From assembly GCA_964016885.1 (NCBI GenBank), contig OZ024757.1, forward strand, positions 41,044,001-41,108,000: a stretch of 64,000 bases of DNA, written 5' to 3'. Origin of the DNA: Eledone cirrhosa. Taxonomy: Eukaryota. The position numbers and the translations under genes were made by a program. The notes under the pieces were generated by a model that was given only the letters and a program-made list of their open reading frames with translations, had not been told where the DNA came from and ran no database searches. How positions within the stretch are numbered: the stretch's first letter is position 1; every line of letters starts with the position of its first letter. Positions 40,855 to 56,209 of this stretch are shown here, one piece after another.

Positions 40855-41166
40855 TATATATATATATTTGTATATATCTATAGGATAACAAGGTATCTTT
40901 TAAGGTAATCCAGCTAGAGGTTGTGAGTACTCTGTGTCGCGGGTAGTTTTAACATACAGCGTTGTTTGACTCAACAAGAAGATTCCTTAGTCAGGTGGCC
41001 AATTTAAAAGAGTTCCTAGGTAGGCTGTTCTTGGAGTAATAATAGTAAAAGAATGAAGAATAACATGGTCAGCTGTACAATAGGGGTTATTTACAGTATT
41101 AACAATTGTTTCTTTAATCAGGTGAGTCTAAAAGCCACTGATTATTAGAAGTTACGTCACTCAAAC

Positions 41167-41277
<111 letters not shown>

Positions 41278-41294
41278 ATATATTATATATATGA

Positions 41295-41483
41295 AGGAAG
41301 ACGTGGTAGAGGTAGACCACGAAAAACATGGGCGGAGGTGGAGAGAACAGAGCTCAGATCGTTGAAACTCACGATGGAGATGACGAAGGACCGTGACGAG
41401 TGGAGAGATGCTGTGCTGAATAAGACCCTTCCCACCCTTGCAAGCAGGGAAGAGCGGACGTAAAATGGTGATGATGATGATGA

Positions 41484-41550
<67 letters not shown>

Positions 41551-41972
41551 GGTTATCCCCTAAACAGGATATGCATAGACAGGAGAGAAATGAAGCGACC
41601 ATGTTTCATTGGATGTGTAATTTAAATGTGAAAGAAAGACAGCAGAGCTTGAATGAGTTGAGGGAGAAGCTGGGCTTCAGGGGAATCTGAGATGGTGTGC
41701 AGCTGAGGAGACTGCGTTGGTATAGACATGGGATGTGCATGGAAGGTAACAAATGGTTGAAGAAATGCCAGGAATATCCAGTAGAAGGAATCTGCAGTAA
41801 AGAATGACGAAGAAAAATCTGGGCAGAGGTTGTGAGAGCTGAACACAAATCATGAAGGCTGGCAAAGGAGATGACAAAGAGACGTTGTGTGTAGAGAGAG
41901 CCATGCTGAGAAGGACCCGTCAAACCCATGCTAACATGGAAAAGCAGACATAAAAATGACGATGATGATGAT
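41295..41972 (+). mobile_element. Two RTE-like LINE 3' fragments with (GAT)n tails
   Basis: 41295-41486 and ~41560-41972, homologous to 5095-5430. Confidence 0.8.
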
Positions 41973-42253
41973 GTATGTATATCCATATCATATGTACATA
42001 TATACATATTCATTATATATATATAATAAAGTTGATGGAACATATATGTATATACATATATATATATACACACATATATACATACATGTGTACATGTATT
42101 TACATAAAAGTCTGTCTATTTGTACAAACTCACAAACACACAAAAACACACACACAATCACACAAAGACACATACACACAAACACACAGACTCATATTTA
42201 TGTATATATATGAACCAAAATACATAATCAAAACTATACTATATATACACACG

Positions 42254-42287
<34 letters not shown>

Positions 42288-42325
42288 GCATAGTTTTGAT
42301 TATGTATTTTGGTTCATATATATAC

Positions 42326-42397
<72 letters not shown>

Positions 42398-42585
42398 TCA
42401 TCATCATCATCGTTTAACCTCTATCTTCCACGCTAGCATGGGTTTAGATATATATGTATATATATATATATATATGAAATACTGTGTGCTTCTGGCTCAT
42501 AATAATTTCTATACTTTTCATTTATATATATATATATATAAATATATATACATATATATATATAAAAATAAAATAATCAAGAGAA

Positions 42586-42998
<413 letters not shown>

Positions 42999-43032
42999 AA
43001 TATATATGTGTGTATATATACACATATATATT

Positions 43033-43079
<47 letters not shown>

Positions 43080-43403
43080 TACAAATATGTATGTATGTAT
43101 ATGCGGAAATATTAATAAAATATGGAAAAACATTTAAAACAAAATATATACCCAATAAATATTGTGTATATAAAAATATATAGTACCAACAAAAGACAAT
43201 GTATAAAATCTATCGAAAGAATATATTGATTAAAAAAATATATAAAATTAAGATCAATGGAATATTTAAAGAAATCTTCAAGTTGCGTCTTCTCTGGCAA
43301 ACTTCCAGTAACCAAAACATTGTATAATATATACACATGTATGTGTGTGTGTATATATATATTTACTTGTATGTATATGTATGTGTGTGTGTTTATATAT
43401 TTA

Positions 43404-43458
<55 letters not shown>

Positions 43459-43742
43459 GTATGTATGTACAAATGTATGTATTTATGTCTATTATTATGT
43501 ATGTACGAATGTATATGTATTATTTACTTGTATGTATGTGTGTGTGTTTATATATGTATATATGTATGTGTGTATGTGCAAATGTATATATTTACTTGTA
43601 TGTATATGTAAGTGTCTGTGTTTATATATGTATGTATATATGTATGTATGTACAAATGTATGTATTTATGTTTATTAGTATGTATGTACGAATGTTTATG
43701 TATATATTTACTTGTACGTATATGTATGTGTGTGTGTGTTTA

Positions 43743-43796
<54 letters not shown>

Positions 43797-44179
43797 TACA
43801 TATATATACATATACACACACATATATACATATATATATATAAATTTATATAAATATATATATATATATATATACACATATATACACACACACAAACACA
43901 CATAAATACATATATATACTTATATATTCTTCAGTATCTATCTCTGGTCTGCTTCTATGCTATAAATACTATCTTGTCTATTGCCAGACTGTTTGACATC
44001 ACCTCATGACTGATTCGTTTATTTTATAAATATAAATCAGAATAATAATTATAGATTATATAATACCTTAAAAGGTTTATAACTGTTGAGAGCAGCCTCA
44101 GGATTTTATGTATGTATATTGGTTTTTATCGAAGAATCTCTATTTACTTTTGTCATCCTAGCCTTCTGTCTACTTATCA

Positions 44180-44380
44180 TCATTCATCATCATCATCATT
44201 TTACGTCCGCTCTTCCCAGCTTGCAAGGGTGGGACGGGTCCTATTCAGCACAGCATCTCTCCATTTGTCACGGTCCTTTGTCATCTCCCCGTGAGCTTCA
44301 GCGATCTGAGGTCTGCTTTCACCACCTACGCCCATGATTTTCGTGGTCTTCCTCTACTACGTCTTCCTTCAACTGGCATT
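44180..44380 (-). mobile_element. RTE-like LINE 3' fragment
   Basis: Reverse complement of the 41295-41486 family. Confidence 0.8.
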
Positions 44381-45113
44381 GTCTTTTTTTACTTAAGTAG
44401 AAGATCTTATATATGTTTGAACCATTTTTGTTTTCTTTTACATTTGAAAAGATGTGGGTAAAATATACCTTTGTTTTGTTATATTTGTCATCATTTACTA
44501 TTTATATGCCCTTCCTAATGTCAACCATAGAGTGAACTATGTGCATTTCACCATGGCCCTAGCCAGCCAGCATAAAAATGTTGCCCTTTCCCTGGTCTCA
44601 GGAAAGAGAGAGAGAAGTGAGAAAGAAGAATAAGTAAAGAGATCGACAGAGGAATAAGGTAAGCGAGAGAAAAATGAGGAAAGAGATAGACAGAAATGAG
44701 AGAAGAATACGGAGAGAGAGAGAGGAGCAAGAGAGAAGAATAATCAAAGTGGGAGAGGGGGAAAACGCGATAAAGAGAAGTTAAAGAGACGAATAATGAA
44801 AAAAATTAGAAGGGTAAAAGCAACGTTGAAACTTTACTAATGGTTCATGCGAAGAACATTTCATTTTGTTTTGTGTTTCTTAGGTAAAAAGAGGAATGTT
44901 TAATTATATAACAGATTAAGGGAAGAGAGGCTTCTGTAATGACAACGCCTACAATGAATCTTGTATTTATTGTCAATTTATTTATAGAATTACGAGAAGA
45001 TGTCATAGAATAATTTCAAAATGATTAAATAAATTATCAGATATTTTGTTTACAGTGGTTGTTTTTGCTAGATTCTGAATAGAGAAGCAGATCTCTGATA
45101 AACACTGAATAAG

Positions 45114-45670
45114 GGTTTCTACATTTGACACAAGACCAGCAATTTGAAGGGGAGGGAAATCGACTAAATCGACCCCAGTGCATTACTGGTACTTTATTTT
45201 GTTTACAATGGTTGTTGTTGCCAGATTCTGAATAGAGAAGCAGAGTTGAGATAAAAACTAAATAATAATAAATGTTTCTTATTGAGGCACAAGTCCATCA
45301 ATTTGAAGGGAAGAGAAAGTCGATTAAATCTACCCCAGTACATTACTGGTACCTTATTTTATCGACCCAGTAAGGATGAAAGGTAAAGCTAACCTGAGCA
45401 GGATTTGAAATCAGATGGTAAAGATTCGTAACTCTATGCTGCAAAGCAGGACAATGTTTTCTGATTTAGGCACAAGGCCAACAATATTGGGGGAGGGGAA
45501 AGTCGATTAAATCTTTTCCCAGTGACTTACTGGTACTTTATTTTATCGACCTCGAAATGATGAAAAGCAAAGTTGACCTCGGCAGGATTTGAACTCAGAA
45601 AGCAGAGAGCTGGAACAAATACCATAAAACATTTATCCAACGTTCTAACAACTTTGCCAATTTGCCACCT
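45114..45670 (-). mobile_element. Cluster of three SINE copies or fragments
   Basis: cacaag-ccagcaa...ttactggtactttatttt at ~45128, ~45288 and ~45470. Confidence 0.8.
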
Positions 45671-45751
45671 TTGATTAGCTCTATACGGAGGCTTAAATTG
45701 ATTAAATATATAAATAACTAAATCGATAAATAGATAGATAGATAGATAGAT

Positions 45752-45786
<35 letters not shown>

Positions 45787-46147
45787 GATAGATAGATAGA
45801 TAGATAGATAGATTTCTTTATTTGCCACAAGGGCGCTCAAGTAAAGGGGACCATACAAAGACATATGGCGGAGATTTTACATACAATCATACAAAACCTT
45901 TTTAACATCCAAATTCAACAATCGAGGCGTTACAAATGGGTTGTTTTATACCCCGCAGATAGAACAACCCTCAACTCTAGAAGCATGTTGTGCAAGTGCT
46001 CCTTTCTCCCTTTTGCTTTCTTACAGGTTTATATACAATCACTCGGACCATTTTTGCTACATTCACCCACCTTTCAGTAAATTTACTGGGGTGCTGTACC
46101 TCTCTATCCACTCTGATTCTCCTTCTAAAGTGGTACCTAATATATAT

Positions 46148-46185
<38 letters not shown>

Positions 46186-46732
46186 TGATTGATTGATTAA
46201 TAAATAACACATGAGAGAATTCCCCAGTGTCATTTATCATTTGTTATCACCTGCCGACAAACACTGCCAACAACTATAAAATTTTCTAAACAGAATATTT
46301 TAACATCAGTGGATTAAAATATTTTTGCTGACTCAACATTATATACGTTTCAAATACAATTTTAGATGGTTTCCTGTTTTTTATCGTTTTTTTATTTCGT
46401 ATATTTTTTTTAATCACTTTATTAATTTACATGTAGAAAATAATAAATACATTATAAATAATGGAAGAGAGAAAGAAGGAAGTATTAAGAAAGAAAACTT
46501 GATCAAAGAATCTAACATAACTGCAATTCTTATTAAAAATATTAAATTTTCTATGTATTACATTCAACAGGGGAAAAACGATGAATTATCGAATTTCAAG
46601 TTAAAGATTTGGGAGGTGAGGTAGGGTAGGTGGAGGGAATTATATATATATTTTGTTATTATTGAATTTTATATCTAAAATCTTCTTCTTCTTCTTCTTC
46701 TTCTTCTTCTTCTTCTTCTTTCTTCCTGTCGA

Positions 46733-46847
46733 AGTTCAAATCCCGCCGAGGTTAACTTTGCCTTTCACCCTTACAGGGTCGATAAAATAAAGTACCAGTA
46801 ATGTACTAGTTAATTGCTGGCCTTGTGCCAAAAGTAGAAACAATATT
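46733..46847 (+). mobile_element. tRNA-derived SINE, 5'-truncated
   Basis: B box through tail. Confidence 0.85.
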
Positions 46848-47288
46848 AAGACAACATGTTCCTCCCCAAATATAATAATATATGTTTCAACACACGATTT
46901 CATATCAAAAACCTTGCAAAACAAATACATCACCGTCAACAAAATAAAAAGATGTTTTAAATATTTCAGTTCACACCTTTTCCAAGTCCATGAATGTGTA
47001 AAGCATGCTTTATCATTTTCCAGTAAAAAAAATATTTTCCATGTAATCTATCACGGCATTCTTTTTTTTAACCAATTATTGTTTCCTATTCTGACAAACT
47101 TCATTAGTAAGAATATATATTTTTTCTTTCCCATCATGCTGACAATTTAGTTGTACAATTAGATAATAAATCATATTTGAATTATGAAGATCACCTTTTA
47201 ACCTTTTAGATCTTTTAATGAGTACCGTTATTCAGAAATGTTTTCTTTTAAGATCAGTTCAGTAGATAACCTATTATGGAATGTAAAC

Positions 47289-48060
47289 TTATTTCTTGTT
47301 TCTCCAGTATATTCATTTGAAAATGAGTACCGGCTGTAGTTGGGGCTTTAATCCTGTGATCGACTGGTGTTCTGTCCAGGAGGAGTATTGTACTCTCATT
47401 TATTTCCCAACCATTATGAAATCTGGCATAATGGTTGGGAAATGAAGAGGAGCTAGATGTAAGTCTAAAGGCCAATGCTTATCCTAGTTTCTGTGGCATT
47501 AAGCGACTGTGAGTACAAGACCTACCCCTGGACAGGATGCCAGTCCATCACAGGCCTAAAGTGTGTCTCGAGTCATGAGAATCATCAGATCAATGCTTAT
47601 CCCGGTTTCTGTGGTGTGAAGTGAATGAGAGTATAATACTTCCCCTTGGACAGGGCACCAGTCCATCTCAGCGTTAGAGTCTGTCTCAATCCCAGAGGTT
47701 CATCATGCTTGTCCAAGTTTCCATGGCACGAAGTGACTGAGAGTACACATCACCTCCTGGACAAGATACAGTCCATCACAGAGTTAAAGTCTGTCTCGAG
47801 TTATGAGGCTCTTCAGGCCAATGCTTATCCTGGTTTCCTTGGCACGAAGTGACTGAGAGTAGAATACTCCTCCTGGACAGAACACCAGTCCATCACAGGA
47901 TTAAAGCCCCAGCTTACTGCCGATACTCATTTTCAAATGAATATACTGGAGAAACAAGAAATAAAGTGTTTTTGCTGAAGAACACAACACAGAACCCAGT
48001 CCAGGAATCAAACATACGACATTATAATCCTAAGCCCAATACACTAACCACTAGACCACA
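47289..48060 (-). mobile_element. Second tRNA-derived SINE (V-domain-like) with tandemly amplified 3' part and terminal inversion
   Basis: Minus strand head gtggtctagtggttag...gtttgattcc; cctgtgatggactgg..gtccagg resembles the V-SINE domain; 4-5 diverged repeats at 47470-47900; 47289-47398 is an inverted copy of 47854-47966. Confidence 0.65.
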
Positions 48061-48895
48061 GACCTCTAATAGATGTAAAGGCTCAGCTGAAATCATAAGC
48101 TACTTATGGATCTAATACCGTTAGCAATAGTTAAGTAATATTTCTGTTTTTATTGAAAAGAGAGCGCTCTTTGCTCTTTCTTGTTTCAATACGACATTCC
48201 ACTAGGAATATTATACAATCAGCTTTCAATTTTCCAACATTGATTCCATCACCAAATTTTACAAGAGCTGCATATGGTTTTCCTCTAAGGTAAACATCGT
48301 TAACGATTTTCTAGCGATGTTCGTTGTTTGTAACAATTTCTCATAACATTCATCGGTAATTCAACTCCAGAGAATTTCTTTGTGTTTGGATGACATCATT
48401 AAATATAGATGATTCTACACATAATGTACACTCTGGATTCAATAAATTCACCATCTATAGACAAACACACACGGACAGACACTCACACTCTCTCTCACAC
48501 ACACACATACACATACACATACACGTTCGCACACGGACACACATTCACACACACACACACTCTCTCACACACACATACATGTACGCACACTCACTCTCAC
48601 ACGCAAGCACATATATGCACACAAACGCATACACACACATAAAAGGAAAAATAGCATCTACTTTATAGTGTAATTACGTAATATGTCAAACGATCTCTTG
48701 GCAGAGTCCATTTTGTCAACTTTCAACTCACCTTGGAGATAAATATCTGAAAGATAGGATTGTTCAAATAATATTGTGGTAATTGTTTCTAAAGAAAGCC
48801 ACCTTCATTGTAGAAGGTTATGTATTTTACAGCAAGAAAGATGCAGTCACTTCTCAATGAGTGTGAAGAAGTCTGCTTCTTCTTATTATTATTAT

Positions 48896-49503
48896 GCGGT
48901 GGATTGGCAGTATCGGTAGAGGGTCGGACGCCATGCTTTGCAGCATAGAGTTACGGCTCTTTATGATCTGAGCTCAAATCCCGCCGAGGTTAACTTTGCC
49001 TTTCATCCTTACGGGGTCGATAAAATAAAGTACCAGTAATGTACTGGAATACTTGCTGGCCTTGTGCCAAAAGTAGAAATAATTATTATTAACATGAGGG
49101 CGGTGGATTAACAACATCGGTAGAGGTTCGGACGCAATGCTTTCCATCATAGAGTTACGGTCCTTTCCATTCTGAGTTCAAATCCCACCGAGGTTAACTT
49201 TGCCTTTCATCCTTACAGGATCAATAAAATAAAGTACCAGTCACGTACTGGGTCGATTTAATCAACTTTACCCTCTCCCAAAATTACTGGCCTTGTGCCT
49301 ATACGAGAAATCATCATTAGTGGATTGGTAGTATCAGTAGAGGGTCGGACATGCTTTCCAGCATAGTTACGTCCCTTTTCGATCTGAGTTCAAATCCCGC
49401 CGAGGTTGACTTTGCCTTTCATCCTTACGGGGTCGATAAAATAAAGTACCAGTAATGCACTGGGTAATTGCTGGCCTTGTGCCTAAAGTAGAAATCATTA
49501 TTA
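48896..49503 (+). mobile_element. Three head-to-tail full-length SINE copies
   Basis: Starts near 48896, 49099 and 49320. Confidence 0.88.
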
Positions 49504-49509
49504 TTCCTC

Positions 49510-49815
49510 ATCTTCTTCTTCTTCTTCTTCTTTTTTCTCTTACTCCTGGGAGGGTCATCTGGGCCAGAGTTCTGAAACACACCTTCCAGTAGGTTCTCAC
49601 CCAGGTGAGACCAGCCAAGCTCTTAGATGTTATCTAACTATCCTGCTCGGTGTCTACCCTTGGGTCTCCTACCAGTTAGTTTTGCATGTAAAATCTGTCC
49701 AGCGATTCTTTCCTGAGACATTCTAACCATATACCTATAGTATCGGAGCTGTGATCTTACAACTCGGAGAAATGGCGGCTCTACCTGGAGTGACTCTCTC
49801 ATCTCTGAGCTACAC
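49510..49815 (-). mobile_element. RTE-like LINE 3' fragment (GAA-tailed family), unamplified
   Basis: Reverse homologue of 8630-9460 with a single copy of the 65-bp unit. Confidence 0.75.
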
Positions 49816-49963
49816 GTTTATCATTATGGGTTGGGTGGGGTGGACAGGTAAGTAGTCCAGCATTATGGGGTGGTATATCTAGTTATATATGTGTGTATGT
49901 ATATATACATATTATATATACACACACACATATATACATATATATATATATATGTGTCTATAC

Positions 49964-49996
<33 letters not shown>

Positions 49997-50029
49997 CACT
50001 AATCCATATATATACACATACACACATAT

Positions 50030-50085
<56 letters not shown>

Positions 50086-50235
50086 AAAAAGAGATGAAAT
50101 CGAAAATGCAACTGGAGTCTTATTTTTAAAAAATATATATATATTTATTTGGTTCCTTTACCGGTTTCGCAGTTCTATTGCTTTTCAAAAGGTGAGTTGA
50201 GATGGAGGGTCTGTGGTTTTTCTCACATCTGAGAA

Positions 50236-50302
<67 letters not shown>

Positions 50303-50405
50303 CGAAGGAAATGTGGTAAGGAACCAGGTGGACCATAACGCACCAAAGTACTCAATACTTAGGGTAGTAGAGTGGGTAATAGGAACGAGTAGAGGTCCTA
50401 CTCGT

Positions 50406-50468
<63 letters not shown>

Positions 50469-50469
50469 A

Positions 50470-50500
<31 letters not shown>

Positions 50501-50620
50501 GCCTCCAGCGTAGTATATTGATATGATATGATGTGATGTGGTATGGTGTGTTACCTCTGAAATAAATATTTTAACAAACTAACAAACAGACCAATAATAT
50601 TTGTCTATCACCGCCACAAC

Positions 50621-50694
<74 letters not shown>

Positions 50695-51088
50695 CCTCAA
50701 GTGGAAGAATTCTCGTTCACTCTGTTACTGACGCATTCAGTTGTTCAATGTCTGACGCAGTTTTATAAATGCTAGCAGGCAGATCTTCCTTCTTTTGAAT
50801 CAGAAAACTCTTAAAATGTTCTCTAAATATCAAGGAAAACAATTCCTTTCCTTTGAGTAACTACTTCAAAGAGGTATTTAGAACAACAAAATCTTTGATC
50901 TTGGAACCGATCGATGTCTGGAATGGTCAGAAAATCAAGCCATTTCATATTCGTTTCTAACAGGAACGATAAAAAAGAAAGAAAGAAAGAAGAAATGAAG
51001 AAGATGAGGCCGAAATGAAGCCAACCAGAAGTTAAAAAGAAAGTAAAAAGAAACATATATATATATTCGCACACACACACACATATAT

Positions 51089-51142
<54 letters not shown>

Positions 51143-51191
51143 TATATATATATAATTTCAGCGAGATCGTATTTCGGTGGTGGCCAAAACA

Positions 51192-51224
<33 letters not shown>

Positions 51225-51778
51225 TGAGCATATGTTGGTTGTTTACCGACACCTCAATATGCAGATTGGAGCACTCGACGGTGTACGCAGGTTGGTTTGT
51301 TTACTCCGGAGTAATGTAAAATAATTAAGTCAAATATGTAAAATCTGGCTTCGTTTATTATAAATTATAGATATTATAAATATACTGCATATTATTTTAT
51401 TATATATATATATATATATATATTAGTAAAGAAGAACTGCCTCGACCTTTGCTTGACCGCAGTTAATCCGCGCGCACTACAGAATATCTCAGTTGTACAC
51501 AAATGGCGGACAACAGAGGCCACGTACCGTTGCTCTCTGACTAAAAACTTTACCCCTCGGAATAACCCCCAGTTGATGGATGCACAATCCGAAATATAGG
51601 GACAACTAAATCTCTTCCAAGGTAACTCTATCTCGTGTTATTATTTTTCTGCTCTTACCTACGTTCCTCTACATACTATACGTCTCCTTCTACATTTCCT
51701 CTTACATCTCTCTTTTCATCAGCGTTTCTGTTAACCGGAGATTTACCCATCTGCATTGTTGAGGCTTCTAAAATGACA

Positions 51779-51820
<42 letters not shown>

Positions 51821-52039
51821 CATACATACATACATATGTTTATATTCAATGTCGAGGTGTTGTTTAAGAAAAGCAGACCTCACATTCGTCCAAATGAACT
51901 TTATTGTGGTAAACACAAGATAGATAGATAGACAGATATATTTCTTTATTTGTCACAAGGGCGCACAAGAAAAGGGTACAATACAAAGACATATGGCGGG
52001 GATTTTACATACAGTTGTGTAAAAAAAGGTTTTAACATG

Positions 52040-53870
52040 AAAGAGAGTGAGGCATGTAGTGGGATATAGAGAGGGGTAATTGTGAGAGAGAGTGAGGTAT
52101 GTAGTGGATATAGAGAGGGGGAGATTCATTGGTGATCTAGTGAGAGAGGCGGAATTGAGAGAGTGAGGTATGAAGTGGTATAGAGAGAGGGGGGGGGGGA
52201 TAGTTTGGTGGCTGAGTGAGAGAGCGGAAATTGTGAGAGTGAGTGAGGCATATAATGAGATATATAGAGTGGGAGAGAATTTGTTAGTTTAGTGAGAGAG
52301 GGGAATTAAGAGAGTGAAAGAGAATGAGTTGTGTAGGGATATAGAGAGAGAGGGTGAGAAATTGGTGGTTTACTGAGAGAGGGGTAATTGTGAGAGAGTG
52401 AGGTATGTAGTGGTATAGAATGAGGGGGAGAGAGTTTGTTGGTTTAGTGAGTGAGGGGGAATTGAGAGAGTGAGATATGTAGTGGAATATAGAGAGAGGG
52501 AGAGAATTTGTTGGTTTAGTGAGGGAGGGGAAATTAAGAGAGTGAAAGAGAGTGAGTTATGTAGGAGTATAGAGAGAGGGGGGGAGAAATTGGTGGTTTA
52601 GTGAGAGAGTGAGGTATGTAGTAGGATATAGAGAGGGGGAGAGAGTTTGTTGGTTTAGTGAGTGAGGGGGAATTGTGAGAGAGAGTGAGGTATGTAGTGG
52701 TATAGAGTGAGGGGGAGATAGTTTTTGGTTTAGTGAGAGAGGGGGAATTGTGAGAGAGTGAAAGAGAGTGGGGTATGTAGTGGGATATAGAGAGGGGCAG
52801 AAAATTTGAGGGTTTAGTGAGAGAGTGGGAATTGTGAGAGAGTGAGATATTTTGTGGAATATAGAGAGGGGGATAGAATTTGTTGGTTTAGTGAGAGAGG
52901 GGGAATGAAGAGTGAAAGCGAGTGAGTTATCTAGTGGAATATAGAGAGGGGCAGAGGAATTGGTGGTTTAGTGAGAGAGGGGGAATTGCGATAGGGAGTG
53001 ACGTATGTAGTAGGATATAGAGAGGGGGCGAGAGTTTGTTGGTTTAGTGAGTGAGGGGGAATTGTGAGAGAGAGTGAGGTATGTAGTGGTATAGAGTGAG
53101 AGGGAGAGAGTTTGTTGGTTTAGTGAGGGAGGGGGAATTGAGAGAGTGAAAGAGGGTGAGGTATGTCATGGAATATAGAGAGGAGGAGAGAATTTGGTGG
53201 CTGAGTGAGAGAGGGGGAATTGTGAGAAAGAGTGAAGCATGTAGTGATATATAGAGAGCGGGAAAGAATTTGTTGGTTTAGTGAGAGAGGAGAAATTAAG
53301 AGAGTGAAAGAGAGTGAGTTATGTAGGTGTATAGAGAGAGGGGGAGAGTGTTTGTTGGTTTAGTGAGAGAGGGGGAATTGTGAGAGAGTGAGGTATATTG
53401 TGGAATATAGAGAGGGGGAGAGAGTTTGTTGGTTTAGTGAGAGAGGGGGAATGAAGAGAGTGAAAGCGAGTGAGTTATCTAGTGGAATATAGAGAGGGGG
53501 AGAGAATTTGGTGGTTTAATGAGAGAGGGGTAACTGTGAGCAAGTGAGCTGTGTAGTGAGGTATAGAAAGGGGGAGAGAATGTGTTGCTGTAGTGAGAGA
53601 GGGGGAATTAAGAGAGTTAAAGAGAGTGAGGTATGTAATGGATATATAGAAGGGAAGAGAGTTTGGTGGCTTAGTGAGAGAGGGTGAATTGTGAGAATGA
53701 TAGAGAGTGAGGTATATAGTGGTATATAGAGGGAAGGGATTTTTGTCGTTTAATGTGTGAGAGAGAATTTTGGTCTAGTGAGAGAGTAAGGCATGTAGTG
53801 GTATATAGGGAGGGTGAGAAAGCTATACTGTTTTAGTGAGAGAGGGGTAATAATGTTGAGAGAGTGACAA
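52040..53870. repeat. Degenerate G/A-rich minisatellite (~65-75-bp unit)
   Basis: Recurring gagagtgaggtatgtagtgg-atatagagaggggg..tttgttggtttagtgagag. Confidence 0.9.
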
Positions 53871-54169
53871 AATAATTGTTGGAGGGAAGAACAATGTTTT
53901 TATATTGGGTTTCACGGTAAAGTGGCTGTGTGTGTTTATATGTGTGTGTTTATATGTATCTGTGTGTGTGTTTATATGTATGTGAGTTTATATGTATGTG
54001 TGTGTGTGGGTTTGTATATTTCTATATATATGTGCGTGTGCGTTTGTTTATATATATGTGTGTGTGTTTTTTATATCGATTTTTTTTGTGTGTAGATTTA
54101 TATATTTATGTGCACGTGTGTGTGTATATATATATATATATATGTCTGTATGTGTGTATTTATTTATAT

Positions 54170-54320
54170 ATGAGTACGTGTACCCGATACCTAGGGTAGT
54201 AGAGTGGGTAATAGAAAAAGAGTCAGGACCCCGACGGCTGAGCTTCGGCCGTTTCGACAGCTAGAGCCGAACTGTCGAAACGGCCGGAGCTCAGCCGTCG
54301 GGGTCCTGACTCTTTTCCTA
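54170..54320 (-). mobile_element. Fold-back island, family C (3' half of an HHR)
   Basis: Arms 54212-54260/54272-54320; GAAA cggc-cggagctca-gccg TC ggggtcc. Confidence 0.75.
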
Positions 54321-54876
54321 TATATATACATATATATATATTGCCGAACGCATGATTATGAGATTCAGTCTGATTATTGAGCCAGTCTTTTCACTAAATG
54401 TCGGTACCCCCCTTAGCCTGCTCCAAGCCACCTTCACCAGTGCCCGTGACCCCTGACAAAGTAATGTGGTCAGATTCGTTGAAAATGTATCTTTCTAACA
54501 GGTCAACATTTAGATATAATAATAGTTATTATTACATCGAAATTTTCGACATGATAAATGACAAAATTGAAAGTGCTTTTCGCTAGTCACATTTTTACAT
54601 GTTTTGCACTCCTGAAGAAGGGCATATATAGTGCAAAACATTATGTGTTGACGTTTCCTGACATCTCAACAACCTTAAAGTCATATCCTCAGTTTCCTGA
54701 TTTTTCCACTATCTTCTATTTATTGTGTGTGTGTATATATATACATATATATGTGTGTGTGTATAAATTTGTATGTGCGTATGTGTATCCACTGTGCATA
54801 TGTATGCACATAGACACGTATGTATATATATATATATGTGTGTGTGTCTATGTATATATATATATATGTGCGTGTG

Positions 54877-54909
<33 letters not shown>

Positions 54910-55693
54910 CTATATGCATATATATATGTATATATATATATATATATATGTATACATACATACATACATACATATATACTCATATATACATATATACATA
55001 TATATATATATACATATATATATATGCATATATATATGTGTATATATACATATATATATATATATATGTATACATACATACATACATATATACTCATATA
55101 TACATATATACACACATATATATATATATATATATACATATATACACATATATATATACACATACATACATATATATATATATACACGTACATCGTAAGG
55201 CACAAAAATAAATAATCGTTGTTGTGTGTTAGTAGATCTACTCACTTGGACAAAATCAAACCAAATAAGTTAAAATCTTTTTGCAGCACCTCATTAATCA
55301 TTTGGTTAATGGAAACAGATCTTCATCCAGTTTGTTCTATGCTCTTCTCGTCTGCTCTCTTACTCCCTCAACACCACACATTCCTCATATATTCCATTCT
55401 CTTTATTTTACATTCTGTTTTTCCTTTGTCCCAGTTTCTCACCTGATACTCTATATTCTGCTCAAATATTTTCATTCTACTTTTATATTAACTATTCTGA
55501 CAGCTTCTTCATCCAGAGATTTTCTTTGTTTGTGGGGACACACACACACACACACATACACACACACATATATATATGTGTGTGTGCAGTATTATATATA
55601 TATACTGAAGTAAAAGTTAAGTGGAAATATCCAAGAGTAAGAGCATTCAGTACACAGGACAAGTTTAATATAAATAATTACAACAGTGACATA

Positions 55694-56065
<372 letters not shown>

Positions 56066-56209
56066 AAAATAATAAAGAATTACAGATGGTGCCCAGAGGT
56101 TAAATTTGGTTTCATTTCTAAAGTTTATTGGAGAGTTCAAACAAAAGCTAAACTGAGACAAACACACAGAGGTAAAATGCCACATAGATGGATCAATCTC
56201 AGTTATTAA

